Part shown: piece by piece, positions 14,900 to 27,720 of the stretch
How positions within the stretch are numbered: the stretch's first letter is position 1
Layout: the number at the start of each line of letters is the position of its first letter
Assembly: GCA_043719155.1 (NCBI GenBank)
Contig: JAYSUJ010000002.1
Span: forward strand, 1-53,333
Direction of reading: 5' to 3'
DNA from: a bacterium
GTDB taxonomy: Bacteria > Patescibacteriota > Minisyncoccia > Phycocordibacterales > UBA5272
DNA length: 53,333 bases
Position numbers and translations under genes: made by a program
Notes under the pieces: model-generated
The model's database searches: none
Told to the model about the DNA's origin: nothing
What the model saw: only the letters and a program-made list of their open reading frames with translations

Positions 14900-17800
14900 T
14901 TATATAGTTGGTGGCTCTGTAGCCGGCTCTGCTGGTGGCACCGGGTCCAACACTGGCTCTGCTGTTATTTCTGTTGCTGGTACTACTTCAGGAGCAGGTA
15001 CGGTTGCAGGAGTGGTTGTTGGCAATGGGTTTACAAGTTTGTCTTGTTTTGTGTTTTTATAATTTATAAAATCTTTCAGATCATTTTCATTTATACAAGT
15101 TTGCCCTAAACACAATTTGTCTGTTTGTACCTCTTTAGCAGAAAGTTTATTAGTCACCAACTCGGTAACTACTAACAACCCACTGTTTAGCAGGTCTACT
15201 TTTTTGTTTAACTCAGTCAGTCTTTGTAGCATAAAGATCTGCATTTTTACAAAGCTCAGACTTTCAATTTTATCTGAACTGGTCGCTGCAAAACTTGCGT
15301 CCAAAAACTCTGGGTTTATAGCTGTAAATTGCTCTAGAAATAAATTATCTATAACTGTATTTAAGGTGGTAGTTGAGTTGTAAACGTTGACCGAGTTTGA
15401 AATAGCAGAGCTGACCGAGCTGTCTATCCGACTGTTAACAGTGTTTACTAGACCTGCAAAACTAGAGTTGTTTAAAGCCAGCTCTATACTAGAGTTGATA
15501 GTAGTGGTCGAGATGCTATTGCCTCCATTTTTAAGTATCTCAGGGTCATACCAAGTCGGCGCCACTTGCACCTCTATCTTTCCAAGCACTCCATCAAAAG
15601 CGTCTATTGCGTGCCCCACAATGTACCCAGCTTTCAACATTTTTACACCTACCCCAGGTACAGAGCCAACGCCAATCGGGTCTCCTTTTTTGATATTTCC
15701 ATTTTCATTGGAAACTTTAGTTTCAACAATACCTAAATATCCTACAGTTCTAGCATTTACTTTGCCTTCGTTTTTTGTATTACCGACAAACCCCGTTCTA
15801 TTTGAAACCACGCCAATAATGGTATCTATAAAAACTCCTTTTGTATACCCAGATTCACCATGTGTGATGATATCCCCATATTCAGTCTCAGTATCTACAA
15901 TCAAAATTTCCCCAAAATCTGCTCCGTTAGTATTATACGCTACAGTTATTCCACCAACATCATTTCTTAGTGAAATCCTCCCAACAGATGTACCGTCGGT
16001 TTCGTTAGTAGAACTTGCAAAAAATCTGACAAAGGTCGCACAATCTGCTGATGTAGAGTAGTTAGAGTTTCCACTTGAAACACATGTATTAGGAATACCA
16101 GCGCCAGTGTTCAACCTCAAAACAGAACTAGTATTAGATGTTGTTGTCGCCAAGTTTGTCATTGCAAAAGCAGCGCTGCCAGTAGTCGTGCCGGGGACAT
16201 TATCTACAAAATTCACTTTATAGTTGTTAGTCACAAACGGCCCACCTACAGAAAGTTTGTCCGCTACTCTGAGTGAACCCAAATCAACAAGAAGTCTCAA
16301 ATAGTTTAAGTTTAAATCTTTGGTAGTAAGGGTGTCGGTGTAAAAATTGGTAGTAGTGGCTTGGGTAATAGTAGCCAAAGTCCCAGAAATATTTGTTCCA
16401 AAGATGTTTGTAGAGTTAAAGTTTGTGACAAACCAATTTGTAGACGTACCATTAGTAATGGTCGCATTTGTACCCATTATATTTGTAGCAACCAGCAAAT
16501 TGTCTATGTTTGCATTTAGAGCAGACAACATATTGGAAACTCTAAAGTTGGTGGTTGTCGCATCTGTAAAAGTAGCAGAATTTACAACTACAAGATTGTC
16601 TATCTTAGAGTTAAGAGAGTTGAAAACATTGGCAAATAAATTTGTAGAAGTAGCTTGGGTAAAAGTAGCTTTTATACCCATCACGTTTTCATTGGTAAGG
16701 TTGGCAACCAACAAACCTGTAATAGTAGCGTTTCTTATTATTGCCCCATCTATAGCCAAATTTGTGGCTGTGGCGTTGGTCAAAGTAGCATTCACAAACT
16801 CAGAATTTTGAGAATTCAGATTCACCACTCTAGCATTTTGGGTAAACCAATTTGTAGAAGTACCACTAGTGATAGTCGCCAAGTCTCCAACAGTAGAAGA
16901 GGCGAACAAATTTCTAATTTCTGTCACCCCTAACAACTTTGTTGTACCTGTAGCTGTAAAGTTAGTAGTACTTAGACTTGCAAATTGTCCAGTTTGCGCT
17001 GTGACAGCGTTTACTGCGAGTGTGTCTATTTTGGAGTTTAAAGCTGTGAAAATCTCGGTAAATAAATTGGTAGAGGTCGCTGTTGTAAAAGTGGCGTAGT
17101 TAATGATAGTTGAAGAGGCAGAGATGTTTAGTGCATAAATAGTCTTGGTTGCCAGAAAGTTTCCTGCGATTATATCTTTATTAAACAGAGTATTGCCATT
17201 TACAATTAAAGTTGAGTCAATATTAGTAACATTTGTTGAGGTACCAATCCTTACAGCTGACGAGAAAGTTGGTAAATCTGAATAAGTTCCAATGTTAATT
17301 TCAGAGCCAGAGAGATCTACCTTATGTTCTAAATTACCGATACGTACGATACCTGAACCTGCTGTTCCCAAATTTAAATCACCCAAAAATGCTGCATCCC
17401 CATGAAAAGTGTTTGCACCATAAAAATCATTGTATCCAATTGTTGGAGCTGTACTAGAACCAAAAATATTTGAAGAAGAATTTCCTCCTCCAAATTGATT
17501 GTTTACTTGGTCACCAGTCCCAAAATAGTTTTGAGTTCCTGCACCTACACCAAAATAGTTTTCTGTGATGTTTGCTAGTTGTCCGCCAGACCCAAAAAAG
17601 TTAGTTGCATCTAGACCATTTCCAAACTGGTTGGTAAGACCTGTTCCTGTTGCCAGTGTCACTGCCCCACCAGCATATATTTCATTAAAGGCTGTCAAAC
17701 CTGCCAAGATCACAGTGCCTGTAGCTGTTAAGTTTCCTGTTATTAGACTACCTAACTGCAAGCTAGAGCCAGTCGCATTTATAAATCCAAGTTGCCCAAA

Positions 17801-20800
17801 GTTTCCAAATAAAATATTGGAAGTGGTCGCAAAAATGGAAGTGGTTGTTGCCTCGGTGATGGTTGCCCTTTTACCTATGATGCCGTTGTAGGCAACACTG
17901 TCTGTCTCGATAATATCTGCATAAATTTTAGTAAAAGTTGCATTTGTGATAGTAGCATTCGCAAAGTTCACCATATTTGGAAACATGATGTCAGCCCCAG
18001 ACAAGTCAAGTTTTCCAGAAACTGTAGTGGTGCCGGACAGAGTACTAGTACCAAAGAAATTGTTTACCCCGAACAAATTTGTAAAGTTTGAGCTTAGAAA
18101 ACTTGAAAATAAATTAGTTGAAGTGGCATTGGTATTTGTTGCATTTTGGATTTTTGAGTCAGTGGCGTTTAGGTTCATCACACTAGCGTTGGTTATTTTA
18201 GAATTTGTTGAGTCAAAATTCATAGCAAACAAGTTGGTGCTACTTGCGTTCGTATTTGTCGCTTTTTTCACCGTCAACTCTTCAGCCGAAATATTTAAGA
18301 GTCTTGCAAAGCTAGCCCAAATATTTGTACTGGTAGAGTTGGTAACTGAAGCGTTGTTGGCAAATAAATCGTTCAAAAGTGCTGAGCCTGTAGCCACCAA
18401 GTCTGTCGTCACGATTTTTGTAGTGGTAGCGTTGGTAACAGTGGCGTTAGTTGCCAACAAATTTGTGGTGGTAAGGTCTGTGAACGCAGCTGAGATAGCA
18501 CTCAACAAATTTGCAAACAAATTGGTAGAGGTTGAGTTTGTTAGGGTCGCATTTCTAGCATTTAAGTTGTCAGAGTTTGTTGTACTTGCATTTACACTTG
18601 AAGAATTTACAGTCGCCAAGTTTGCCGTCCCAGTTGCCGAAATGTTTGTGGTAGAAATATTTGCAAGTTGGGCATTGCTTCCTGTTGCATTTCTAAACAA
18701 CAAATTGTTGGTGTTCAGGTCTAAAATCCTAGCAAAACTTGCCCAGATATTTGTAGAAGTGCTATTTGTGACTGTTGCCCTAGCAGAAAATAGGTCTTGA
18801 GCTGTTAAAGTGTCTACATTTGTAGTACTGGCGTTTACAGTAGTCACGTTTACAAATTGGGAATTTGCATTGATAGTGTTTAGGGTTAGTGAGTTTAAAT
18901 TTGTTACATTGGCATTTGTACCATTAAAATTTGTACCGTTAAAAGTAACAGCATTGGAAGTGGTTGCATTACTAGTTGAAGCGTTAGAGGTCACAAAATT
19001 TGAATTGTTACCAAACAGAATTGCGATATTTGCTGAAATTAAATTTGCAAAGTCGGCCAATAAATTGTTAACAAATAAATTAGCAGAAGTCGCATTTACT
19101 ATTGAGGCATTTTGTGATGACAGGTTGGTGTTTACCAAGTTGGTGATAGTGGCGTTAGCAATGCCACTTGATGGAAAAATAATGTCAGCATTTGTCAGGT
19201 CAAGCTTGCCAGAAATGGTTGTTGTACCAGAAAGAGTCGTAGTACCTACAATGCTCACCAAAAACGCAGAAAAGCTATTTGCAAATAAGTCTGAGGTAAC
19301 AGTAGCTGAGGTTATGGTTGCTCTTTCGGTCAAAAAGCTAAAAATATTTGTCCCAGAGTTTGGGTTGCCGATATTTGTAGTACTAGCGCCAAAAGAGTTT
19401 ATATTTGTAGTGCCCACAATGTCATTAAAACCATTGGTACTAAAATTAACAAAACTATTTATAGCAAAGTCACCAGCTGCAACTAACACATTACTATTTG
19501 TACTGTAGGAAAATAAATTATTTGTATTTAACCTGTCAACATTTACAATTGAACTGTTTAGAAATACAGAGTCAATAAAGTCTGACGAGATGAAATTTGA
19601 GAAAGTGGAACTGGCAAAAGTAGTTGAGGCTATTAAGAAATTGGTGGCCACGCTCGTAAAAGTAGCATTTTTAGGATACGCACCTAAAATACCTGACAGG
19701 TCAAAAGTTGTAGTCGACCCGTTTGTATATGTAAACAAAATATTTGTACTTGAGGTAGCCACACTTGCAATCCCGACTCCATTAAGACCGTTTGTACCAT
19801 TAAGTCCTGCAACCCCTGCCACTCCAGCTGCACCGTTTACCCCGTTTGTTCCGTTTACTCCACTTGAACCGTTGGCTCCGTTTGCGCCATTCGTTCCATT
19901 TGTGCCATTAAGTCCATTTATGCCGTTGGTACCATTCGTTCCATTTGTACCGTCTAGACCATTTATGCCGTTGGTTCCGTTTACTCCGGCCACACCTTGT
20001 GTACCTGTTGCCCCTGTAATAGTCGGTATTAAAATATTTGTCGTAGATCCATTTGAGAGGTTGAAAGTTAGTAAATTTCCTAAGGCTGTGATTAGAGAAA
20101 CTCCAACACCATTTAGACCATTTATACCATTTGCCCCACTTGCTCCGGTTGGTCCAGTAGCTCCATCCACACCAGCCAAGCCCTGTACACCCGTAGCACC
20201 TGTTGCACCAGTTAAGCCAATCGGGCCTTGAAGGCCTGCTGGTATAGTAAAGTTTTGAAAAGTTGAGTCAGAATAGCTAATTGTTAAAATACTTCCAGCT
20301 GAAGTTATACCCGAAATCCCACGACCTACGGCACCAGTAGCACCTGTTGCCCCTGCTGCTAAGTTTATAATGGTTGATGAACCGTTGGTTAAATATAAGG
20401 TAAAGCTGCTAGCATCTGTGGTAGTAGAAATACTAGCTACGCCCATTCCGTTTAAGCCGTTCAGACCATTGCTACCATTTGTACCATTGTTTCCATTTGT
20501 GCCTGCTGGACCAGCAACACCTGTTGCACCTTGTATACCCTGTATACCGGCGACACCTTGTGGGCCAGCTGGACCAGTGATACCCTGAGGGCCTGTAGCA
20601 CCTGTTGCACCCTGAGGGCCAGCTACACCTTGGTCACCTTTTACTCCCTGAATACCTGTGTCACCCTTTGGACCAGTAGATCCATCTTGACCTGCGGGAC
20701 CTTGGGAACCTGTAGAGCCCACAGAGCCTGCCACACCTTGTGGCCCAGAAACTCCTTGAGGTCCTGCTGGACCCGTGAGACCTGTTGCACCAACAGAACC

Positions 20801-23620
20801 AGTTGCACCCACGGCACCCGCTGTACCTGTAGCTCCTGTAATAGTCGGTATTAAAATATTTGTTGTAGATCCATTTGAGAGGTTGAAAGTTAATAAATTA
20901 CCTATGGCTGTAATAATTGACACACCTACACCGTCAACACCTGCAGTACCGTTTGCCCCTGTAGCTCCATTTATAGTTGGTATAGTTAGTGTGGCTGTAG
21001 TGTTGTCTGAAAAGTTAAAACCTAGCAATGATCCGTTGGTTAAGTCTTGGAAAATACCTAAAAGACCACGTCCTGTTAAGCCGGTTAGACCTATGGCCCC
21101 CGTTGCCCCAACAGAACCATTATTACCTGCTGGACCTTGAACACCAACTGGACCTTGTGGACCCGTCGGACCAGCTATACCTTGAGTTCCCGTAGCCCCC
21201 TGCAAACCAGATAACCCTTGTAAGCCATTTGTGCCAGCTGGTCCGACAGCACCTGTTGCTCCAGTATTACCTTGAGGGCCAGCTGGACCTTGTGGACCCG
21301 TGGCTCCTGTCGGTCCAGCAGGTCCTATGAATGTCGGTACTGTAAAAATATTTGAAGAACCATTTGATAAATTTACAATCAAGTTGTTACCACTTTGGGT
21401 AACTCCGGATACGCTAGTACCCGTAGAACCAGTCAGACCTGTTAACCCAGTTAAACCCATTACACCTTGCGTGCCTGTTGCCCCCTGCAAACCAATATCG
21501 CCCTTTAAACCAACAAGACCCTGAGAACCAGTATCACCTTTGTCACCTTTTGTACCAGTATCACCTTTTACTGTCGGTACAGTTATGGTGGCTACTGTGT
21601 TATTTGAAAAATAGAACCCTAAGTTTGTAGCGTCTTGTAAAATACTTAAAATCCCCCTACCTGTGTCACCAGTTGGTCCTACTAGTCCTGTATCGCCTTT
21701 GTCACCTTTCGCACCTTGCAAACCTGTTGCACCAGTCGCTCCGGTCGGTCCAATTGCGCCAGTATCACCCTTTTGTCCCTGTGTGCCTTGTGGTCCTGTA
21801 GCTCCAGTTGCACCTGTCAAACCTGTGTCTCCTTTTACAGTTGGTATAGTTATTGTAGCTGTAGTGTTATCTGAGAAATTGAAACCAAGTAACGCTCCGT
21901 TTGTTAAATCTTGGAAAATTCCCAATAGTCCACGGCCAGTTAAACCAGTTGCACCTGCGGCACCGACGCCTCCAGTTGCGCCAGCTGCCCCAGTAGGACC
22001 AGTTAGGCCTGTCGCACCTGTAGAGCCAGTGGCACCTTGTGGCCCTGTAACACCTGTCGAACCTTGAGAGCCCGTCGCTCCGGTTGCACCAGCTGGACCC
22101 GTTAGCCCTGTTGCTCCTGTAACACCTTGGGCGCCGGTTGCACCAACATTACCAGCAGCACCTGTGGCTCCTTGAGGACCAACTGGCAAATTAAAAATAT
22201 CTGATGTTCCACTTGTGTAGTTAACAGTTAAAACTGTACCACTTTGTGATTGGGAAATTCCTGTTATACCTCTTCCGTCTAGCCCCGTGTCACCTTTATC
22301 TCCTTTGGCTCCTGTGGCACCAGTCGCACCGACTGCTCCATTTGACCCAGCTGCCCCAGTTGGACCCGTTAGCCCTGTTGCACCTGTAGAACCAGTTGAG
22401 CCTTGTGGACCATTTGGACCCTGACTTCCTTGCGAGCCAGTGGCACCTTGGGCACCGGTTGGTCCTGTGAGACCCTGTACTCCTTGTGAACCAGTTGCAC
22501 CACTAGGTCCTGTTGCCCCAACAGCTCCTGTAACTGTGGGGATAGTAATAGTCGCCGAAGTATTATCTGAAAAATAAAAACCTAGATTTGTACCATTTAA
22601 AGCATCTTGTAAGATAGTTAAAATACCTCGTCCGGCCACACCCACTGCGCCAGTACTACCTGTGTCTCCCTTTATCCCTTGTGTACCTTGTGAGCCAGTT
22701 GGGCCAGACGCACCTTGTGCACCAGTGGCACCGTTTGGACCTGTCGCTCCTGTGGCCCCAGTTGCTCCTGTAACAGTTGGGATAGTGACCGTTGTTGTGG
22801 CTCCATCTGTCTTCGTAAAAGTTAACATATCTCCCAGTGCTGTAATTAGAGATATACCTACACCTACTGTACCTTGTGTACCAGTTGCCCCAGTTGCACC
22901 CATTACACCTGCTGTGCCTGTCGCCCCTTTTTCACCCATCAAACCTTGCACCCCTGACAACAATTTGATTGTTGTCGAAGCCACCCCGTCTATATATAGT
23001 GTAAACGAGTCAGTCGTAGTGGAAATAGCAGTAATGCTAGACCCAGTTGCCCCTCTTGCCCCAACCTCTCCAGTCGGACCTACTGTTCCTGTAGCACCGG
23101 TAGCCCCTGTCGCCCCACTTCCCCCCCCAGAAAAACCTCCATATTGTGCTCCGTTGGTCAAATTTGAAAAATTAAAATTTGAACCTAGTCCAAAGACACC
23201 TCCTGAACCATTTGTATTTAAATTGCTCGCAGTATTTACGCTAGTGTTTGTAGCTGGCAGATATATAACTCTAGTTTCATTTACCACTTTGGTAATAGGG
23301 TTTACATAAGTTACATTAGTGTTGGTAGTTGAGGTTCCAGTATTTACTGAAGCACTTGTGGTAGTTGCTATATTATTTTTTGGAAACAACAGCGAACTAG
23401 ATAAACCATCTTTTACGAAAATGTCGGTTTGACATAGTTTGTTATCATCTTTAGGTACAAGAGTAGCAAACGTACAGTAAATCCTAATAGAGAAATCTCC
23501 AAAGAGGTCTGACTGTTGAGTTGTAGATTGTGCAAAAATATTTTGGAAAGAAAGTAAGACTGAAATTGTAATAAAAAATATATTTATAGAAAAACTTTTT
23601 GCGTTTTGAAATAATTTCAT
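14900..23620 (-). CDS. Giant (2906 aa) secreted collagen-like fibre/adhesin with N-x-T repeats and a C-terminal Peptidase_G2-like autoproteolytic chaperone domain
   Basis: Signal peptide; about 1100 aa of Gly-X-Y blocks with GRGI/GVGI spacer domains; NATSTN repeats; [23 protein letters not shown]. Confidence 0.85.
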   Translation of the reverse strand: MKLFQNAKSFSINIFFITISVLLSFQNIFAQSTTQQSDLFGDFSIRIYCTFATLVPKDDNKLCQTDIFVKDGLSSSLLFPKNNIATTTSASVNTGTSTTNTNVTYVNPITKVVNETRVIYLPATNTSVNTASNLNTNGSGGVFGLGSNFNFSNLTNGAQYGGFSGGGSGATGATGATGTVGPTGEVGARGATGSSITAISTTTDSFTLYIDGVASTTIKLLSGVQGLMGEKGATGTAGVMGATGATGTQGTVGVGISLITALGDMLTFTKTDGATTTVTIPTVTGATGATGATGPNGATGAQGASGPTGSQGTQGIKGDTGSTGAVGVAGRGILTILQDALNGTNLGFYFSDNTSATITIPTVTGAVGATGPSGATGSQGVQGLTGPTGAQGATGSQGSQGPNGPQGSTGSTGATGLTGPTGAAGSNGAVGATGATGAKGDKGDTGLDGRGITGISQSQSGTVLTVNYTSGTSDIFNLPVGPQGATGAAGNVGATGAQGVTGATGLTGPAGATGATGSQGSTGVTGPQGATGSTGATGLTGPTGAAGATGGVGAAGATGLTGRGLLGIFQDLTNGALLGFNFSDNTTATITIPTVKGDTGLTGATGATGPQGTQGQKGDTGAIGPTGATGATGLQGAKGDKGDTGLVGPTGDTGRGILSILQDATNLGFYFSNNTVATITVPTVKGDTGTKGDKGDTGSQGLVGLKGDIGLQGATGTQGVMGLTGLTGLTGSTGTSVSGVTQSGNNLIVNLSNGSSNIFTVPTFIGPAGPTGATGPQGPAGPQGNTGATGAVGPAGTNGLQGLSGLQGATGTQGIAGPTGPQGPVGVQGPAGNNGSVGATGAIGLTGLTGRGLLGIFQDLTNGSLLGFNFSDNTTATLTIPTINGATGANGTAGVDGVGVSIITAIGNLLTFNLSNGSTTNILIPTITGATGTAGAVGATGSVGATGLTGPAGPQGVSGPQGVAGSVGSTGSQGPAGQDGSTGPKGDTGIQGVKGDQGVAGPQGATGATGPQGITGPAGPQGVAGIQGIQGATGVAGPAGTNGNNGTNGSNGLNGLNGMGVASISTTTDASSFTLYLTNGSSTIINLAAGATGATGAVGRGISGITSAGSILTISYSDSTFQNFTIPAGLQGPIGLTGATGATGVQGLAGVDGATGPTGASGANGINGLNGVGVSLITALGNLLTFNLSNGSTTNILIPTITGATGTQGVAGVNGTNGINGLDGTNGTNGTNGINGLNGTNGTNGANGANGSSGVNGTNGVNGAAGVAGVAGLNGTNGLNGVGIASVATSSTNILFTYTNGSTTTFDLSGILGAYPKNATFTSVATNFLIASTTFASSTFSNFISSDFIDSVFLNSSIVNVDRLNTNNLFSYSTNSNVLVAAGDFAINSFVNFSTNGFNDIVGTTNINSFGASTTNIGNPNSGTNIFSFLTERATITSATVTSDLFANSFSAFLVSIVGTTTLSGTTTISGKLDLTNADIIFPSSGIANATITNLVNTNLSSQNASIVNATSANLFVNNLLADFANLISANIAILFGNNSNFVTSNASTSNATTSNAVTFNGTNFNGTNANVTNLNSLTLNTINANSQFVNVTTVNASTTNVDTLTAQDLFSARATVTNSTSTNIWASFARILDLNTNNLLFRNATGSNAQLANISTTNISATGTANLATVNSSSVNASTTNSDNLNARNATLTNSTSTNLFANLLSAISAAFTDLTTTNLLATNATVTNATTTKIVTTDLVATGSALLNDLFANNASVTNSTSTNIWASFARLLNISAEELTVKKATNTNASSTNLFAMNFDSTNSKITNASVMNLNATDSKIQNATNTNATSTNLFSSFLSSNFTNLFGVNNFFGTSTLSGTTTVSGKLDLSGADIMFPNMVNFANATITNATFTKIYADIIETDSVAYNGIIGKRATITEATTTSIFATTSNILFGNFGQLGFINATGSSLQLGSLITGNLTATGTVILAGLTAFNEIYAGGAVTLATGTGLTNQFGNGLDATNFFGSGGQLANITENYFGVGAGTQNYFGTGDQVNNQFGGGNSSSNIFGSSTAPTIGYNDFYGANTFHGDAAFLGDLNLGTAGSGIVRIGNLEHKVDLSGSEINIGTYSDLPTFSSAVRIGTSTNVTNIDSTLIVNGNTLFNKDIIAGNFLATKTIYALNISASSTIINYATFTTATSTNLFTEIFTALNSKIDTLAVNAVTAQTGQFASLSTTNFTATGTTKLLGVTEIRNLFASSTVGDLATITSGTSTNWFTQNARVVNLNSQNSEFVNATLTNATATNLAIDGAIIRNATITGLLVANLTNENVMGIKATFTQATSTNLFANVFNSLNSKIDNLVVVNSATFTDATTTNFRVSNMLSALNANIDNLLVATNIMGTNATITNGTSTNWFVTNFNSTNIFGTNISGTLATITQATTTNFYTDTLTTKDLNLNYLRLLVDLGSLRVADKLSVGGPFVTNNYKVNFVDNVPGTTTGSAAFAMTNLATTTSNTSSVLRLNTGAGIPNTCVSSGNSNYSTSADCATFVRFFASSTNETDGTSVGRISLRNDVGGITVAYNTNGADFGEILIVDTETEYGDIITHGESGYTKGVFIDTIIGVVSNRTGFVGNTKNEGKVNARTVGYLGIVETKVSNENGNIKKGDPIGVGSVPGVGVKMLKAGYIVGHAIDAFDGVLGKIEVQVAPTWYDPEILKNGGNSISTTTINSSIELALNNSSFAGLVNTVNSRIDSSVSSAISNSVNVYNSTTTLNTVIDNLFLEQFTAINPEFLDASFAATSSDKIESLSFVKMQIFMLQRLTELNKKVDLLNSGLLVVTELVTNKLSAKEVQTDKLCLGQTCINENDLKDFINYKNTKQDKLVNPLPTTTPATVPAPEVVPATEITAEPVLDPVPPAEPATEPPTI

Positions 23621-23743
23621 AAAAAGATTGGGTTGATTAATAGATTTGCTATCTTGTACAGATTATAAATAAAAAAATGTGTTTGTACTCTACACAAATA
23701 CTAGTGTAGCTCTTTTCGATTTAAAACAAACTTTTCTTTGTGG

Positions 23744-23821
23744 ACAACTCACAGAAGTACCTTTAGGTATAACCGCAGGAAATACTTTAGTACAACTCAC
23801 AGAAGTACCTTTAGGCATAAC
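23744..23821. repeat. Two 30-bp direct repeats with 48-bp period
   Basis: acaactcacagaagtacctttagg(t/c)ataac at 23744-23773 and 23792-23821. Confidence 0.85.
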
Positions 23822-23840
23822 ACCCACTTCATCGCCATAT

Positions 23841-23871
23841 CAAAAAAACAAGGCGACGCCTTGTTTTTTTG
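23841..23871 (-). terminator. Intrinsic terminator after the 1251-aa gene
   Basis: caaaaaaacaaggcg/cgccttgttttttg inverted repeat with T-tracts. Confidence 0.75.
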
Positions 23872-23884
23872 TTATTAGTTAAAT

Positions 23885-26800
23885 TTAATTTGTAACTTCC
23901 GTAACTGGCACAACTACAGCTGGCTCAACCACTATTACCTTTTCGCTTTTTTCATTAGGCGTAACCGGCTCAGTAACAGGAGAAGTAGGAACGTCTACAG
24001 GAACAATTTCAGGTATAGCTTCTGAAATGTCTACTTTTTTAATCACAGCCTTGGTGTCTAAGTAGTTTCTAAACTCTAGCATTTCACTTTCTGTAAAACA
24101 AGCTTGCCCAACACAGAGCTGTTGTACTGTGACTTTGTTTGCTTTTACGTCATTTGCTTTTAGAGTTGAAATTGCAAGCGTCATGTTCAAATAAACATCT
24201 GATAATTTTTCGAAAGTAGTTTTTATAAGCGCTGTAAATTTATCTGCAATAGTCAATTCTGTATCGTCGGCAGTCGTCCCATCGGAATAAGTATTTTTTA
24301 TAAATACATAAATTTTCCCAGACCCATCATCATCTGTCAAAGCTTGACCTATAACTTGCCCTGACCCTGTGGCTTTCATTGCTTTTCCAGCAACGCTGCC
24401 GGCTGTCAAGAAATCTCCAGCTTTTACCTTACCATTTTCATCTGTAACTTTTACTGGCACACGTCCTGAAAGCCCTACAATCACGGCTTTTCCAGTACCG
24501 TCAGCCTCACCGATAACCATTCCAGGTTTTGTAGAGATAATTCCCAACACATTTTTTTGGTATCTCTTATTTGACTTTGCAACTTGAGAAATACCAGTCC
24601 CGTCTAGAGCTACAACATCCCCTTCTTCTACGGTATTGTCAGCTGTGTAGTACACCTCTGCAAGATCGGCACCTCCAAGTTTGTAAGCAACTACTTTAGC
24701 TCCCGCATCTAATGTAACTGGTGCAGATATTCCCCCAAGTCTCCTACCGAAATTTAGAGTTACAGTTCCACCACCTCTAGTAGATAGCACTCCACTAACA
24801 TTGAAAGCTACCGTTCCACCAGATGTGTTGATATCAACTTTTGAACAATCCGCAGATGCAGAAGCAGTACTTGTGACCAACTCTATTGCCCTAAAATTAC
24901 AACTCCCCAACCCACCTGAGCTCAAAAACCTTACTGAAGCACCACTATTTACCGCATTTGCACCGGAGATAGTCCCAGTTGCACTTATATACCAAACTTC
25001 ATTTGCCCCAACTGTAAAACTAAGATCCGATACAGGAGCCAGAGTTGTACTGTCTGAACTAAATCCAGAACCAAGAACCGCATTTGCATTCGAGCCTGCA
25101 CTTGGGTTTACCAATGTAATTAGTGAAGTGGTGGAAATTTTTCCATTTACAATACTCGTTAATATGTTTGTAGAAGTTGCAAAAGAGATTTCATTTGAAG
25201 TTGTAGCTCGCGCTATATTTTCAACCAAAGTCTTTGTAAAGGTCGCAAAATTCTCCGCGTACAAATTTGCAATATTTGCGTTTAAGATAGAAGTAGAAGC
25301 GACAGTACCAGTTGCTAGAGCGAAAATACCATTTGAGGCAAAATTCGTCGTTGTAGCGTTGGTAATTGTAGCGTTTGTTCCTGTTAGGTTTGTAAACAAA
25401 AGTGAGGTGAAATTTGCCAAACTAGAGAACAAATTAGTTGTCGTTGCGTTTGTAATTGTTGCATTTATTGAAACCAAGCCATCTATTTTTGCGTTCAAAG
25501 TGTTAAACAAAGTTGCAAACAGGTTGGTTGAAGTTGCGTTTGTTAAAGTTGCATTCACAGAAGTTATACCACTTGCAAAAACATCTCCAGAAATAAGTGC
25601 ATTACCATTTACCGACAAGGCTTGTGAAGGTGTATCAGTACCAACCCCCACATTCCCACCGTTTCTGTTTAAAATCAAATTTGAGTAAGAAATACCTTGG
25701 TTCACAGCTTGGATAGACCCATAATCATTTGTAGTGTTGTAGCCAACCAAAAGCTGCTTGTTTGTATCTGTTTTACCACCCACAACCAATTGATATGGAA
25801 CTGGCCCGCTTTGGTCTTGAGTTATATACGTGATCCCCAAGTTTGTTGTACCTGTTGCTGTTAAGTTTGTTGTTGCAAAGTTACTTGAAGTTGCATTGGA
25901 AACAGTTGCGTTTGTAGCTGTAAGATTTGTAAATGCAGCTGTCAAAGCATTAAACAAAGTTGCAAACAAGTTAGTTGTCGTAGCGTTTGTTAGTGTTGCA
26001 TTTGTACCAAGCAAGTTTGAAGTTGAAGTGTTCGTTGCCACTAGGTTAGTAGATGTCGCATTCGTCAGTGTTGCATTGGTTGCAGTCAAGTTTGTGATGA
26101 AAGCAGAAATTGCATTCAACATAGCCGCAAAAGAATTTGTGCTTGTGGAGTTGGTGATAGATGCATTTTCAGAGAATAAATTTGTGTTGGTAGCATTAGT
26201 AATCGAAGCTGTAGTGCCAAACAAATTGTTAATGGTTGTAGAGGCGATAGTACCTGTCGCAAAGGCAAATGTTCCTGTTGAGGTCACATTTGTTATTGAA
26301 AGGTTTGTACCGGTCGCATTATTAAAGAAAAGGTCAAAAACTCGCAACAAATTTACAAATAAATTGGTAGTAGTAGCCGCTGTAAAAGTAGCCAAATTTC
26401 CATATAAATTTGAGATTATGGTTGTACCAGTTGCAGTTAAGTTTGTTGTACTTGCATTTGCAACTTGTAAATTTGTTCCCGTGGCACTTGTAAAGCTTAG
26501 ATTTTGAACAAAAAGGTTTAGGAAATTTGCCCAAGTCGCAAACAAATGGGTTGTCGTAGCTTCTGTTATTGACGCCTTTACTGAAAATAGATTGGTAGAA
26601 GTAGAATTTGTAAATGATGCATTTTCAGAGAATAAATTTGTGTTGGTAGCATTAGTAATCGAAGCTGTAGTGCCAAACAAATTGTTGATGGTCGTAGAGG
26701 CTATGGTACCTGTCGCAAAGGCAAACGTTCCTGTTGAGGTCACATTGGTGATTGCAAGATTTGTACCGGTCGCATTATTAAAGAAAAGGTCAAAAACTCG

Positions 26801-27640
26801 CAACAAATTTACAAATAAATTAGTTATAGTAGCATTTGTTAAAGTTGCAAAAGTTCCAATTAAGTTTGTCGTAGTTGCGTTTAGCAGTGCAGCGTTTGTA
26901 GCTACAAAGTTTGTAGTTGTTGCGTTGGTCAGTGTCGCATTTTGCGACAACAAGTTTACCAAGTTAGCAAAAAGTGAATATATGTAAGTTGAAGTTGCAT
27001 TTGTTAGAGAAGCATTTTGGGCAAATAAATTGGTAGTTGTAGAGTTTACAGACACTAAATTTGTAGAAAACGTGTTTGTAGCTGTAACGTTTGCAAGGTA
27101 TGCATTTTGCCCAGTTATATCTCCTGTTGTTATCTTTTCACTAGTTAAAAAGTGAATGAAAGTAGAATAAATATCTCCAGGTACTGTTGTCTGATAAGGG
27201 TTGGAATTAGTGTTACCCCCAGCGTAAATGTAGGCAGTTGGGCCTACAGCAGCGCCTCCGATTGTTGTTTGATAGACAATAGTAGTAGTACCGTTTCTAC
27301 CATCTTTTCCGTCTCGCCCAGAAACATACACAACTTGGGCGTTTTTAGTGTTCACACTTGTAGCGATAACATTGTTTATTTGTTTAGCTTTGTTTTCGGT
27401 TAAAACTGACCCCTTAGTTTCAGCATTTTCACTTTTATCTACCACTAAAATATTGGTGTTACAGGCTTTGTTGTCTGCCCCTGGCACAAAATCAGCAAAA
27501 GTACAATAAACTTTTATAGAAATGTTTCCGATAAAGTCCATCTTTTTCGTTTCTAAAACACTTTGGGCAAAAGTGTAAGAAAAGGCAAAGACAGTTGTAG
27601 TAATAAGGGCAAAGACAGTGTTTTGGATATTTTTAATCAT
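23885..27640 (-). CDS. Large secreted fibre protein paralogous to the 2906-aa protein, with N-x-T repeats and a Peptidase_G2-like C-terminal domain
   Basis: Shared N-terminal SIxxYCTFAxxVPxxDNKxC; GNVGVGT; GADLAEVY..GIISTKPG..GLSGRVPVKV..GKAMKA..VIGQAL; shared LCxGQxC tail. Confidence 0.85.
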   Translation of the reverse strand: MIKNIQNTVFALITTTVFAFSYTFAQSVLETKKMDFIGNISIKVYCTFADFVPGADNKACNTNILVVDKSENAETKGSVLTENKAKQINNVIATSVNTKNAQVVYVSGRDGKDGRNGTTTIVYQTTIGGAAVGPTAYIYAGGNTNSNPYQTTVPGDIYSTFIHFLTSEKITTGDITGQNAYLANVTATNTFSTNLVSVNSTTTNLFAQNASLTNATSTYIYSLFANLVNLLSQNATLTNATTTNFVATNAALLNATTTNLIGTFATLTNATITNLFVNLLRVFDLFFNNATGTNLAITNVTSTGTFAFATGTIASTTINNLFGTTASITNATNTNLFSENASFTNSTSTNLFSVKASITEATTTHLFATWANFLNLFVQNLSFTSATGTNLQVANASTTNLTATGTTIISNLYGNLATFTAATTTNLFVNLLRVFDLFFNNATGTNLSITNVTSTGTFAFATGTIASTTINNLFGTTASITNATNTNLFSENASITNSTSTNSFAAMLNAISAFITNLTATNATLTNATSTNLVATNTSTSNLLGTNATLTNATTTNLFATLFNALTAAFTNLTATNATVSNATSSNFATTNLTATGTTNLGITYITQDQSGPVPYQLVVGGKTDTNKQLLVGYNTTNDYGSIQAVNQGISYSNLILNRNGGNVGVGTDTPSQALSVNGNALISGDVFASGITSVNATLTNATSTNLFATLFNTLNAKIDGLVSINATITNATTTNLFSSLANFTSLLFTNLTGTNATITNATTTNFASNGIFALATGTVASTSILNANIANLYAENFATFTKTLVENIARATTSNEISFATSTNILTSIVNGKISTTSLITLVNPSAGSNANAVLGSGFSSDSTTLAPVSDLSFTVGANEVWYISATGTISGANAVNSGASVRFLSSGGLGSCNFRAIELVTSTASASADCSKVDINTSGGTVAFNVSGVLSTRGGGTVTLNFGRRLGGISAPVTLDAGAKVVAYKLGGADLAEVYYTADNTVEEGDVVALDGTGISQVAKSNKRYQKNVLGIISTKPGMVIGEADGTGKAVIVGLSGRVPVKVTDENGKVKAGDFLTAGSVAGKAMKATGSGQVIGQALTDDDGSGKIYVFIKNTYSDGTTADDTELTIADKFTALIKTTFEKLSDVYLNMTLAISTLKANDVKANKVTVQQLCVGQACFTESEMLEFRNYLDTKAVIKKVDISEAIPEIVPVDVPTSPVTEPVTPNEKSEKVIVVEPAVVVPVTEVTN

Positions 27641-27720
27641 ATATTCTTTTTTGATACTCTAAATTTTAATAATTTTAATTTACTATAAAAGCTACTCTTG
27701 TTAATTTTTAACACCGAACA

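Noticed and set aside
23744-23821. Possible mini-CRISPR array
   Set aside because: Only two repeats, an 18-bp spacer and no cas genes in the window.
15117-27403. Many long plus-strand ORFs opposite the fibre genes
   Set aside because: Antisense shadows of low-complexity Gly/Thr/Asn codon repeats; no independent protein signal.
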